IMG/VR virus record: IMGVR_UViG_3300045988_161114
Location: 120,640 to 184,639 of that record
Reading direction: 5' to 3' (one strand)
DNA from: a virus
DNA: 64,000 nt
Each line of letters opens with the position of its first letter. Positions within the stretch are counted from its first letter, which is position 1. The position numbers were made by a program, and so were the translations under genes. The notes beneath the pieces were generated by a model. The model did not search any database. It saw nothing but the letters and a program-made list of their open reading frames with translations, and was not told the origin of the DNA. Below, one piece after another: positions 43,596 through 53,443 of this stretch.

Positions 43596-44630
43596 ATGAA
43601 ATGTATATATTTAAAATCTGATAAAGAATTTGATTTATCTAAACAGAATTTTGATATTAAGTTCTTTAAATATTGTGACCACACTGAGCTTTTAAAAAGT
43701 CTAGTATTTTTGCGTAATAAGATTTTAAAGGATTTCGAATATCAAATTGAAAGAAAGAATTATCAATATGAATTCTCTATTTCTGATGGTTCATTATTTT
43801 TAGATGTTTGGAAAGAAGAAAAGAAAGACTTTTTAGGATTTCATTTGCCATTTCTTGGATATAAAAAGAATTTTATTTATTCAAATGTTTTGGCTTCTCC
43901 AGTCTTATATTATGTCCATAAAGAAGTTGGGATGGAAATGTCAAAGACATTACTTATTTCCAGCTTCATGACTGATAAATATCTTCATTGTTATTCTACT
44001 GAAATTGCTATTAGAGAATTTGAATTAAAATATTTTATTTTATGCAATACTCTTAATAAAAATATGAACTTATTTAATAGCGTTAGTCCTGGCGAAATTT
44101 GTTCACATTTGTTTTTCCCGAATATTAATGTTTCTGAATTTTCATCTATATATAATTTCATTGTTAATGTAGTTGAAGTTAGTAATAATGAAATTGTACT
44201 ATCTGTTGAAAACAGGAAAACTCCAAATGAATTTATACTATTAAAGTATGATGAAACAAATAAATATGAAAAATTTGTACTAGATGCAATAATTAAACTT
44301 GAATCTAGTAAAAGTATATTCGCATTTACGGATAATAGGTATTTAATCTGGAATGGACAATATACCGGCGGCCTTTGTTTGGATGATAAATATTTAAAAA
44401 TGACTACATTTAATGGGTCTATTTATATTTATGTATTATCTAATTCTAAATGGGTAACTTATATTTTAGATCAAGAATCTTTTGATATCAAAATTAAGGA
44501 TAATAATCCTTATAACTATTCTTTTGAATTGTTTGATTCAAATAATTCTTGTATTATCAATTGTGGCATTGAAACTCTTAGAACTGCTTTAAAGGAAATA
44601 AATTATGGAAAAAATTTACCAAATTGCTAA
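43596..44630 (+). CDS. Hypothetical protein
   Basis: 344 aa. Overlaps the AAA+ gene by 26 nt, so the two are likely a functional pair. Confidence 0.7.
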   Translation: MKCIYLKSDKEFDLSKQNFDIKFFKYCDHTELLKSLVFLRNKILKDFEYQIERKNYQYEFSISDGSLFLDVWKEEKKDFLGFHLPFLGYKKNFIYSNVLASPVLYYVHKEVGMEMSKTLLISSFMTDKYLHCYSTEIAIREFELKYFILCNTLNKNMNLFNSVSPGEICSHLFFPNINVSEFSSIYNFIVNVVEVSNNEIVLSVENRKTPNEFILLKYDETNKYEKFVLDAIIKLESSKSIFAFTDNRYLIWNGQYTGGLCLDDKYLKMTTFNGSIYIYVLSNSKWVTYILDQESFDIKIKDNNPYNYSFELFDSNNSCIINCGIETLRTALKEINYGKNLPNC

Positions 44631-45885
44631 TAAGCGTGTGATGTTTAGCCAAGAAATGGATCCCAATATTTTTAAAAAGGATCTCCCTCCTGGATTTTAT
44701 ACTACGGGATACAACGATCGTGAAGGTGTATTCTTAAAAGAAACTGATTCTTTAACTATCCCTTCTAAAATTTATGGTGATTCAAATTCTCGTTTGGGTC
44801 GCATTTTGAATTCTTTTGAGTATGCTACCAAAAATCTTGGTGTTTTGCTTTACGGCAATTCTGGTTCTGGTAAATCTTTGCTTGCCAAACAGGTTTGTGT
44901 AGAACTTGCTAAAACTCATCCGGTTATTATTGTTAATTCAAATCATATCTACTTTCTCAATAATTATATTGAAAATATTAAAGAGCGTTGCGTCTTCTTT
45001 ATTGATGAATTTGAAAAGATGTTCGAAAAGAAAGAAGATCAATCATATATGTTGACTGTTATTGATGGTGCTACTACAAAAAGTAATTTGTTTTTGTTTA
45101 CTGCCAATAACAAGTCTATGGTTAATGACTTCTTCTTTAATCGTCCTAGCCGTATTCGTTATGCCTATGAATACAGTTATCTTTCTGAAGACGTAATTAA
45201 AGAAGTTCTTTTTGATCGCCTGGATAACAAAGATCGTGTAGATGCGATTTTTAATGCTATTGTTCGTTTTGATGATCCATCATTTGATGTCATTTGTGAA
45301 TTAGCTTCTGAAGCCAATTTGTATCCTGACTATACTATTAAACAGCTTATGGAAGGATATAATTCTCGGATGATTTCAAATCGTCTTAGCGACCTTGATT
45401 GTCAATTCCTTATTGATGGAGAAGACATTGGTAAATTTGTTCAATCTATTTGCGAAAAATATGGCGTAACCCTTTCAACTTCATATTGTACTGATTTCAC
45501 AGACTATGATATTGATGATTTACAAGAAATGATTTACTCTTCTTCTAGTCGTAAAACTAACTTCTGTCTTGGCGAGTATAACCTTATTATTAATAATGAA
45601 AATACCGTTATCAGAAATGATCGTTATTTGTATTTTGATATTTCAAATATGAAATTCAATTATGTAAATAAAGATTTGTATATTAATGGCATTAAGCTTT
45701 CTATTGAAGGAATGAAAGACTTTATGTATTTAATCTCTTCAAGTATTGCTAAAGCAGTAAAAGCTGATGATGCTAATTCTTTTGTTAAAGAAATTGATAA
45801 AGTAATTTTACCACAATTGATTAACAAAGAATTTGGTATCGTTGCTAAGCCTATTAAAAAGTATAAAAGCAGCTATGCTTTTTAA
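44605..45885 (+). CDS. AAA+ ATPase
   Basis: Walker A LLYGNSGSGKSLLA and Walker B VFFIDEFEKM. Confidence 0.8.
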   Translation: MEKIYQIANKRVMFSQEMDPNIFKKDLPPGFYTTGYNDREGVFLKETDSLTIPSKIYGDSNSRLGRILNSFEYATKNLGVLLYGNSGSGKSLLAKQVCVELAKTHPVIIVNSNHIYFLNNYIENIKERCVFFIDEFEKMFEKKEDQSYMLTVIDGATTKSNLFLFTANNKSMVNDFFFNRPSRIRYAYEYSYLSEDVIKEVLFDRLDNKDRVDAIFNAIVRFDDPSFDVICELASEANLYPDYTIKQLMEGYNSRMISNRLSDLDCQFLIDGEDIGKFVQSICEKYGVTLSTSYCTDFTDYDIDDLQEMIYSSSSRKTNFCLGEYNLIINNENTVIRNDRYLYFDISNMKFNYVNKDLYINGIKLSIEGMKDFMYLISSSIAKAVKADDANSFVKEIDKVILPQLINKEFGIVAKPIKKYKSSYAF

Positions 45886-45992
45886 GGAATTGTATGCATA
45901 ATAGCTATATTACAATTAAATATTTGATTGGTAAACTTTCTTCTATTATGGAGAAAATTAAACAAAAAGCTTATCAAACAAAATAATGTAGA

Positions 45993-46029
45993 GAAAGCAC
46001 ACTTAAATAGTGTGCTTTCTTTTTTTTTT
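45993..46029 (+). terminator. Rho-independent terminator
   Basis: gaaagcacac / gtgtgctttc stem, then T10. Confidence 0.8.
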
Positions 46030-46040
46030 GGAATTTTAAA

Positions 46041-46883
46041 ATGATTAAGATAAATTCTTTTAATACTGCAATTACAGAATTTCCTAATGGTGAACGTGGA
46101 TACGAATTCACTGTAAGTGATGTAAAGCATGTTCGCCTATTTTTTAAATATGAAGACGATAAAGATATTTTTTCTTTAATTTGTGCTGCTGAGACTATTT
46201 ATCGTTGGAATAAACAGGCTAAAATTGAATTAATTATGCCATATATTCCATACTCACGTATGGATCGTGTTAAAAAATCATTTTCTGCTTTTACATTAAA
46301 ATCTTTTGCTAATGTAGTAAATAGCATTGTTAAACCTCAATATATAAAATGTTTAGATGCACATTCTGATGTATCTTTAGCTTTGTTTGATTGTTATGTA
46401 TATAATTATAAACCTCAAATTAAATTTATTAATGAAAAATATGGTAAAGATACTACACTGATTGTATATCCTGATAGTAACGCAGCTAAGAAATATAAAG
46501 AATATCTTTCGAAATTTAAATCTATTTCACTACTGAAAGATCGTGATTTTGAAAGTGGTCAAATTGCAGCATCTGTTATTGCTGATTCAGCTGATTTGGT
46601 AAAAGTTGATACAACCAAATTTAAGAATGTTGTTATCGTTGATGACTTATGTTCTAAAGGCGGAACCTTTTTAAGAGCTGCAGAAAATATTCGTAAGCTT
46701 TTAAAATCAGAAGATATAAATATTGATTTGGTTGTAGCACATTGTGAATACAATATTTTTAATGGACAACTTCTTTCTGAAGGAAGTCCATTTAATGGTA
46801 AGGTTTATACAAGCAATAGTATTCTTAATGATGATTGTAAAGAACCTCGCATTGTTATTCACGAAGATTTTAGACTTATTTAA
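46041..46883 (+). CDS. Ribose-phosphate pyrophosphokinase-like enzyme (Prs or Adps-type)
   Basis: IMPYIPYSRMDR (Prs PY..Y.RQDR motif) and VVIVDDLCSKGGTF (PRPP-binding loop). At 280 aa it is shorter than typical Prs. Confidence 0.75.
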   Translation: MIKINSFNTAITEFPNGERGYEFTVSDVKHVRLFFKYEDDKDIFSLICAAETIYRWNKQAKIELIMPYIPYSRMDRVKKSFSAFTLKSFANVVNSIVKPQYIKCLDAHSDVSLALFDCYVYNYKPQIKFINEKYGKDTTLIVYPDSNAAKKYKEYLSKFKSISLLKDRDFESGQIAASVIADSADLVKVDTTKFKNVVIVDDLCSKGGTFLRAAENIRKLLKSEDINIDLVVAHCEYNIFNGQLLSEGSPFNGKVYTSNSILNDDCKEPRIVIHEDFRLI

Positions 46884-46894
46884 AAGGAAACAAA

Positions 46895-49360
46895 ATGGAA
46901 TCTCTTATTCCTTCTCTTATTTGTGATTTTTATAAAACATCACATCATAATCAATACCCGAAAGATACAGAGTTTCTGTATTCTACATTAGTGCCGCGCA
47001 GTAATAAATACCTCCCTACAGTTGATCGTGTTGTATCTGTAAATATTACTGGCTTTCTTAAAAAGTATTTTGTTGATTATTTCAATAAATTCTTTTTTGA
47101 GCGTCCAGAAGAAGAAGTAGTACAAGAGTATTGTGAATTTATTAAACGTACTCTTAGGATAAATGATAATGGTAAACATATTCGTAAATTGCATAAATTG
47201 GCTTATTTGCCAATTCGTGTAAAAGCTATTCCTGAGGGTCGTTCTGTTCCTATTGGTGTTCCTAATTTAACTATCGAGAATACCCATAAAGAATTTGCAT
47301 GGTTAACAAATTATCTTGAAACTCTTTTGTCTTGCTCTTTGTGGAGTCCAATTACATCTGCTTCTATTGCACGTCAATACCGAATTATTGGCGAAAAATA
47401 TGCAGCTAAGACATGTGACAATAATGGGCATGTATCATTTCAGTTCCATGACTTTTCTATGCGTGGTATGAGCTCTTTGGAAAGTGCACAAATTTCTGGT
47501 CTTGGACATCTTATTTATTTTGATGGTACAGATAATATTCCAGCTATTACATATACTGATAAATATTATTCTGGTAAAACTGCTAAAGATTGGAATCCAA
47601 CTTCAATACCAGCATGTTATGACAGTGAAACGGAAGTATTGACAGACACTGGATGGAAAAAGTTTCAAAATTTGCAAGAAACTGATAAGGTAGCGCAATA
47701 TCATAAAAGTGGCGAAATTGATTTTGTTAAACCGACCGAATATTATAATATTCCATATAAAGGAAAGATGATTAAATATGGATGGAATTCGGATTTAAAT
47801 TATATCGATATTTTTGTTACACCTAACCATAAAATGGTTAAGAAAAATAAAGAGGGAATTATAGAGCTATTTGAAGCTTCAAAAAATATGTATTCTGTTG
47901 AGGGTTCTAAAGCTATAATAAGTGGAACAAAAATAAAAGGAGATATAACATCCTTATCTCCGCTTGATAAATTTTTAATTGCATTTCAAGCTGATGGATC
48001 ATTCTTTAACAAAAAAGAATATGAAAGTCAATATACCGGAGGAAGATCTGGAACATTTCCTGTTAGATTTACCCTTAAAAAGATTAGAAAGATAGAAAGA
48101 CTTACTAATATATTAAATGATTTGGGATGGGCATTTAATAAAAGTTTTTCAAAGTCTAGAAAAGGTTATGTTTATTTTTATATTAAAGTTCCTTTTTTAA
48201 TAAAGCATAAAATATCTAAATATTTTAAAGATTGGGTAAATTTAAGTGAAATTACAAGTTCTTGGGGATGTGATTTTATAAATGAACTGCAATATTGGGA
48301 TGGTAAAGCTACTGGCAAAGATGGCATAGGTTATTTTACAATTGTAGAAGAAAATGCAGATTTTGTTCAAGCTATTTCACATATATCAGGTTTAAAATCT
48401 AAAATTACTAAAGATAATCCAGATAAAATTAGAGGCAATAGAAAAATAGGATATGATTCTAATATAATTTTTAGAACTGATATTGGAGGGAAAGGAATTA
48501 CTTTTGAAGAAATTGACTATGACGGAACTGTTCATTGTGTATCTGTACCAACAAAAATTCTTGTAGTAAGAAGAAACAAAGCTGTAGCAATATGTGGAAA
48601 TACTGAACACTCTGTAATGTGTGCTAATATTGCTAAACAGCAAGCTGAAGGAAAAGGCCGTGATGAAACTGAAACCTATCGGAAACTGATTACTGAAACA
48701 TATCCATCAGGATATGTTTCTATTGTTTCAGATACTTATGACTTTTGGCATAATGTTAGTGTTGTAATTCCTTCTCTTAAAGATGAAATCATGGCTCGTG
48801 ATGGACGTGTAGTTATTCGTCCTGATAGTGGCAATCCTGTCGAGATTATTTGTGGAACTGTTAAATCTGATGGTGTTACTCCTGAAGAAAAAGGCCTTAT
48901 TGAGGTACTTTGGGAGACGTTTGGAGGCACTGTAAACGAGAAAGGATACAAAATCCTTGATCCGCATATTGGTGCAATCTATGGCGATTCTATCACTCTT
49001 GAACGTGCTGAATTGATTCTTGCCGGATTGGAAGCAAAAGGTTTTGCGTCTTCAAATATTGTTTTTGGAATAGGATCATTTTCGTATGCCGGACCGACAC
49101 GTGATTCACTCGGATTTGCTGTTAAAGCTACTTCTGTAACACAAAGTGGTATCGAATATCCGATTCAAAAGGATCCTAAAACTGATCCAAGTAAGAAATC
49201 CTTCTGTGGTCGTATCAAAATTGTAAACGATAAGTGCATCGACAATATGTCTTCTATTGGGGACTATAGTGATGATGAATTAGAAGTCGTATTTGAAAAT
49301 GGAATTGTATCTCATGTAGATATTGGCACTATTCGTAAACGTGCTTTATCTGAAATTTAA
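46895..49360 (+). CDS. Nicotinamide phosphoribosyltransferase-like enzyme (NAMPT/NadV or Namat-type), intein-interrupted
   Basis: NAMPT-like exteins (...FHDFSMRGMSS...GTDNIPA | TEHSVM...SDTYDFW...IRPDSG...GIGSF...). Residues 241-569 are an intein. Confidence 0.85.
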   Translation: MESLIPSLICDFYKTSHHNQYPKDTEFLYSTLVPRSNKYLPTVDRVVSVNITGFLKKYFVDYFNKFFFERPEEEVVQEYCEFIKRTLRINDNGKHIRKLHKLAYLPIRVKAIPEGRSVPIGVPNLTIENTHKEFAWLTNYLETLLSCSLWSPITSASIARQYRIIGEKYAAKTCDNNGHVSFQFHDFSMRGMSSLESAQISGLGHLIYFDGTDNIPAITYTDKYYSGKTAKDWNPTSIPACYDSETEVLTDTGWKKFQNLQETDKVAQYHKSGEIDFVKPTEYYNIPYKGKMIKYGWNSDLNYIDIFVTPNHKMVKKNKEGIIELFEASKNMYSVEGSKAIISGTKIKGDITSLSPLDKFLIAFQADGSFFNKKEYESQYTGGRSGTFPVRFTLKKIRKIERLTNILNDLGWAFNKSFSKSRKGYVYFYIKVPFLIKHKISKYFKDWVNLSEITSSWGCDFINELQYWDGKATGKDGIGYFTIVEENADFVQAISHISGLKSKITKDNPDKIRGNRKIGYDSNIIFRTDIGGKGITFEEIDYDGTVHCVSVPTKILVVRRNKAVAICGNTEHSVMCANIAKQQAEGKGRDETETYRKLITETYPSGYVSIVSDTYDFWHNVSVVIPSLKDEIMARDGRVVIRPDSGNPVEIICGTVKSDGVTPEEKGLIEVLWETFGGTVNEKGYKILDPHIGAIYGDSITLERAELILAGLEAKGFASSNIVFGIGSFSYAGPTRDSLGFAVKATSVTQSGIEYPIQKDPKTDPSKKSFCGRIKIVNDKCIDNMSSIGDYSDDELEVVFENGIVSHVDIGTIRKRALSEI
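47615..48601 (+). mobile_element. Intein with LAGLIDADG homing-endonuclease domain (329 aa)
   Basis: Starts CYDSETEVLTDTG (Cys codon 47615-47617). Ends AICGN followed by +1 Thr (Asn codon 48599-48601). Internal LIAFQADGSF and FINELQYWDGKA resemble the two LAGLIDADG motifs. Inserted in the conserved ..PA|(S/T)EHS.. active-site segment. Confidence 0.8.
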
Positions 49361-49401
49361 TTCAGGGCCCTTTGGCCCTACTTTTACCTTAGGAAAATAA
49401 A

Positions 49402-49863
49402 ATGACTGTTAAAAAACTTTCTGTTCGTGATCAAAATGACCTTATTCGTCGATTAGAAGAAAAACGTAGTAAAATTCTTCGTACTTATGAAAATCCTAAA
49501 TACAAAACTCTTATTGAATCTAAAGAATACAAAAGAGCTTTAAGCGCTATTGACATTAAAATCAATAAAGAATTTAATCGTCTGATTAATGATCCTACTA
49601 ATGGTATTGTTATTGCCGATATTCTTAATCGTAATCTTATTTATAGTCATGGTTATCAAAATAAAGAGTTTGAACATCTTTCAAATCTTTTAGTTGAGCG
49701 TAATAAATTGGCTGGTGCTATGTTTAATGAAATCATTAAGCCTGATTTAGAAAATATTGACGACATTATTAATAAGGTTAAGAATTATAATCTTATGATT
49801 TCTCTTGGTGAACTTGATTCTAATGATTTTATTGAATCTTTGAAACGCATTATTTTGGAATAA
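49402..49863 (+). CDS. Hypothetical protein
   Basis: 153 aa. Confidence 0.7.
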   Translation: MTVKKLSVRDQNDLIRRLEEKRSKILRTYENPKYKTLIESKEYKRALSAIDIKINKEFNRLINDPTNGIVIADILNRNLIYSHGYQNKEFEHLSNLLVERNKLAGAMFNEIIKPDLENIDDIINKVKNYNLMISLGELDSNDFIESLKRIILE

Positions 49864-49865
49864 AC

Positions 49866-50480
49866 ATGCGACTTATTAAAGGCCTTATTCCAGATAACAA
49901 TACAGAATTTGGATTAGCCTTTAGTGGCGGCGTGGATAGTGTAGTATTTGCACATTATCTGAAATCACAAAATAAGAAGTTTAAGTTATATTTCTTTAAT
50001 CACGGAAATGATGAAGATAAGAAAGCCTTGGCGTTTGCCGAGGCTTTTTCTTTGGAATATAATATTGAGCTTATTACAAATTCTGATGTTGTATATGTAA
50101 AAGAAGCTGAACATGAATGGCGTAGTGCTAGATATAAATGGTTAGAATCTTTTAGTGTGCCTATTGTTACTGGACACAATTTAGATGATGTAGTTTCAGG
50201 ATATTTGTTATTCTGGATTAAAGGGCAGGAGAAATTTATTCCTGTTAAAAGGAACAATATTATTCGCCCATTTTTACTTGTTAAAAAGAAACATATATAC
50301 AAGTATGCAAACAAATTTAATCTTGATTGGAATGAAGAAGAATGTAATTCTAATCTTGATATTCCTAGGAATAGGGTTAATTTAAATATTCTTCCAGAGA
50401 TTTTAAAAATTAATCCAGGTTTTGATAAAAAAATTGAAAAGCTTTTTGAAGAAAAGCTTAAAAGAGAAATGTATTTGTAA
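49866..50480 (+). CDS. PP-loop ATPase, TilS-like (tRNA-Ile lysidine synthetase catalytic domain only)
   Basis: LAFSGGVDSVV (SGGxDS PP-loop) plus VTGHNLDDVVSGYLL (TilS-type HxxDD). At 204 aa it lacks the TilS C-terminal domains. Confidence 0.55.
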   Translation: MRLIKGLIPDNNTEFGLAFSGGVDSVVFAHYLKSQNKKFKLYFFNHGNDEDKKALAFAEAFSLEYNIELITNSDVVYVKEAEHEWRSARYKWLESFSVPIVTGHNLDDVVSGYLLFWIKGQEKFIPVKRNNIIRPFLLVKKKHIYKYANKFNLDWNEEECNSNLDIPRNRVNLNILPEILKINPGFDKKIEKLFEEKLKREMYL

Positions 50481-50491
50481 TAGGATCTGCT

Positions 50492-51193
50492 ATGAAATAT
50501 GTTAAGACCTACAATAGAAATTTAGCTGGCCGTGATTTCGTTGTTGGCGATATTCATGGCTGTTATGATCAATTGATGAATCTCTTAAAAGAGATAAAAT
50601 TTAATTTTGCAAAAGACAGAATGTTTGCTGTTGGAGACCTTGTTGACAGAGGCCCAAAGTCAAAAGAGGTTTTAGATTTACTTTATGAACCCTGGTTTCA
50701 TTCTGTTATTGGTAATCATGATTATAGATTTATCTGTTATTGTGATGCTGTATCTGAAGATTACAAAAAGGCAATAGTAGACTTTGAAGACTATTTAGCC
50801 AGCGATGGTTCTTTTATTAAAAATTTAAAAGAATCTGAAATAATGAAGTATTATAAATTAATAGATAATCTTCCTAGTGTAATAGAAATAGAAACACTAG
50901 ACAAGAAATTTGGTATTGTTCACGCAGAATCATTAAAAGATTGGGATATGTTCAAAATAGGTATTAATAGCAATCACTCTATTAGAACTAATTCAATGTG
51001 GACAAGAAAAAGATTTTATAAAAAAGATAAATCCATTATTAATGGTATAGACTATGTAATAGTAGGACATACTGTTGTTGATGAACCTATTCAATTAGGT
51101 AATACAATATATATTGATACAGGTTATGTATTCGGGGATAATAGAAAACTTACCTGTATATGTTTAAATTATATGGAAATGTATTCTGTTTAA
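50492..51193 (+). CDS. Ser/Thr protein phosphatase-family metallophosphatase (lambda PP / PrpA-like)
   Basis: GDIHGCYDQL, GDLVDRGP and GNHD motifs. Confidence 0.85.
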   Translation: MKYVKTYNRNLAGRDFVVGDIHGCYDQLMNLLKEIKFNFAKDRMFAVGDLVDRGPKSKEVLDLLYEPWFHSVIGNHDYRFICYCDAVSEDYKKAIVDFEDYLASDGSFIKNLKESEIMKYYKLIDNLPSVIEIETLDKKFGIVHAESLKDWDMFKIGINSNHSIRTNSMWTRKRFYKKDKSIINGIDYVIVGHTVVDEPIQLGNTIYIDTGYVFGDNRKLTCICLNYMEMYSV

Positions 51194-51202
51194 GGAGTTA
51201 TT

Positions 51203-52315
51203 ATGGAATTGATTAAGTTTATTCAAAAATATGGCGAAGATAAACTCCATGAATTAGGAGTGCATTTTTATAAATATGGAGATTTGACTGTATATCAATA
51301 CAGTCAAATTGAAAGTTTTCCATTTAAAAGAAATCCAGTTGTTATAGAATCTCGTGGTGTTATCTTAGATAATAATTTAAAAGTTATTGCAAGGCCATTT
51401 GACAGATTCTTTAATTATAATGAAGATGATGTATGTCCAGATATAAACTGGTCTGAATGCCATATTTATGAAAAGGTTGATGGAAGTCTTATTAAGGTTT
51501 TTCATTATAATGGTAATTGGCATGCTGGAACAAAAAAGACTGCATATGGCAATACGGATGTAAATGGTTTTGATGTAATGTTTAAAGACCTTGTTTATAA
51601 GGGCTTTAATGTTCAAACTCAAGAAGAATTTAATTCTATATTTGAAGGATTTGAGGGATTAACTTTAATATTTGAACTTACATCTCGTGAGAATAAAGTA
51701 GTAACATCGTATCCTAGTACACAAATGTGGTTATTGGCAATTCGTGATAATGATACCGGCATGTATATTGATAAAGATGAAATAGTTCTAAATCTTAAGA
51801 ATAGTGGAAGATTGAATAAATATTCAATTAGACTTCCTAAGAAATTTACATTCAATAGCTATTCTGCTTGTGCTAAGGCTGCAGATGAACTTCCAGATCT
51901 AAATGAGGGATACGTTGTTTACAATACAGATGGTGCCCCTATTTTAAAAATTAAGAGTCCTGCATATGTTGCAGCTCATCAGTTACGCGGTAATGGTTTA
52001 AGTGGTAATAAAGCACTTGAACTTGTTATTAATTTTGAAGAATCTGAATATTTATCTTTGTTTCCTGAAGATAAGGAAATTCTTGATAAGTATATTGATG
52101 CAAGAAATGAATTATTTGATTCATTGGATTTTATTTGGGAGAAGTATAAAACTGCTCCTACTATAAAAGATTTTGCATTAACAATAGGTAATTATTCTGA
52201 GTCTGCTATCCTGATTAAGAAATATAAGGATAGAGATAAAACATTTTTAGAGATATTCAATGATTTTCTATTTTCTCGTAGAAAAAATTTTATATCTAAA
52301 TTTTTAAGCAATTAA
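51203..52315 (+). CDS. RNA ligase (Rnl1-like covalent nucleotidyltransferase)
   Basis: Motif I YEKVDGSLI, motif III LIFELTS, motif IV NEGYVVY, motif V ILKIKSP. Confidence 0.8.
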   Translation: MELIKFIQKYGEDKLHELGVHFYKYGDLTVYQYSQIESFPFKRNPVVIESRGVILDNNLKVIARPFDRFFNYNEDDVCPDINWSECHIYEKVDGSLIKVFHYNGNWHAGTKKTAYGNTDVNGFDVMFKDLVYKGFNVQTQEEFNSIFEGFEGLTLIFELTSRENKVVTSYPSTQMWLLAIRDNDTGMYIDKDEIVLNLKNSGRLNKYSIRLPKKFTFNSYSACAKAADELPDLNEGYVVYNTDGAPILKIKSPAYVAAHQLRGNGLSGNKALELVINFEESEYLSLFPEDKEILDKYIDARNELFDSLDFIWEKYKTAPTIKDFALTIGNYSESAILIKKYKDRDKTFLEIFNDFLFSRRKNFISKFLSN

Positions 52316-52327
52316 AAGGAAATTAAA

Positions 52328-53443
52328 ATGGGCGGCAAGTTATCTTCTCGTAGAATGGTAAATGAATATAGCTTTCTTTGCAATGCTATTCTTTCTGCTA
52401 TTAACATCAAGAATATTTATATCCCTCGGCACATTGAAAATAAATCCTCTTTTGGGGATATTGATGTTTACATCAAAGATGGTGATATTAAATTTGAAGA
52501 GGTAGCAGAACTTCTTCGCAAATCAAAATCATTTAATGTCAAAGATGTATTTGTCGGAACCAATCAGGTAGTTATTCATTCTGAAGAATTTAATATTGAC
52601 GTTCAGGTTGATATTAACTTTATAAATAATTGGAGCTTTAGACATTGGCATGATTTTGGAACAATGTCTGCTCTAATAGGACAAATTATTCCTTATGAAA
52701 TGAAGTTTGCAAGTAATGGATTATTCCTTCGTAAAACTGAAAATATGATTGAATATCCTATTAAACTTGATTTTGAAGAAGCTTTGTCATTCTTAGGTTT
52801 TAACGAAGTAAAATTTAGAAACGGATTTAAAACAGAAGAGGCACTTTTTGATTGGCTTGTTACATCTAAGTATTTTAATAAAGCTGATTTACTTATTAAT
52901 CCGCACAATTCTGGTAAACGTAAACGTGACGAAAATCGTGGCATTGATAAAATAGTTGAGCAAATGCTTAACTGTAAAAATAAAGGCAGATTCGATTTGA
53001 ATCGTTTAGAGCCATATAAACGTATGGCTTATAATATGTTTAAATCGGTCCAAAGATGGGAATATGAAATTAAGCGCATTAAAAAATGGTGCAAAATTTT
53101 ATATGTACCTCCATTTAAAATTGAAGAATTAGCTTCAAAGAATACTTTATTACTTAATGCTTCTAAGATTGATAATAAAAAGTTTTCTGATCTGATTGTT
53201 CGACATGCTTATAGTGATCCTGATACTAAGGCTATTGATGCCTCAATTAAGATTGTTAAAAAGCAGGTAAATCCTGCTCTTGTAAAAGAGTATTCAGATT
53301 TATACAGCGGTAGAGAACTGCTTATTAAATTGTCTTACCTTATTTTAAGAAGTAAAGGCATTAAAGAGGCTAAGAATTATATTCCGTCTCGTGTTTTGCG
53401 CGATGTTTTGAAATTGGAAAAGGAATTAAATGGGAACAAGTAA
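52328..53443 (+). CDS. Putative nucleotidyltransferase-fold protein
   Basis: SSFGDIDVYI and later FNIDVQVDI fit the G(S)...DxD...D pattern of Pol-beta-type NTases. Sits between the RNA ligase and Pnkp genes. The product call is weak. Confidence 0.6.
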   Translation: MGGKLSSRRMVNEYSFLCNAILSAINIKNIYIPRHIENKSSFGDIDVYIKDGDIKFEEVAELLRKSKSFNVKDVFVGTNQVVIHSEEFNIDVQVDINFINNWSFRHWHDFGTMSALIGQIIPYEMKFASNGLFLRKTENMIEYPIKLDFEEALSFLGFNEVKFRNGFKTEEALFDWLVTSKYFNKADLLINPHNSGKRKRDENRGIDKIVEQMLNCKNKGRFDLNRLEPYKRMAYNMFKSVQRWEYEIKRIKKWCKILYVPPFKIEELASKNTLLLNASKIDNKKFSDLIVRHAYSDPDTKAIDASIKIVKKQVNPALVKEYSDLYSGRELLIKLSYLILRSKGIKEAKNYIPSRVLRDVLKLEKELNGNK

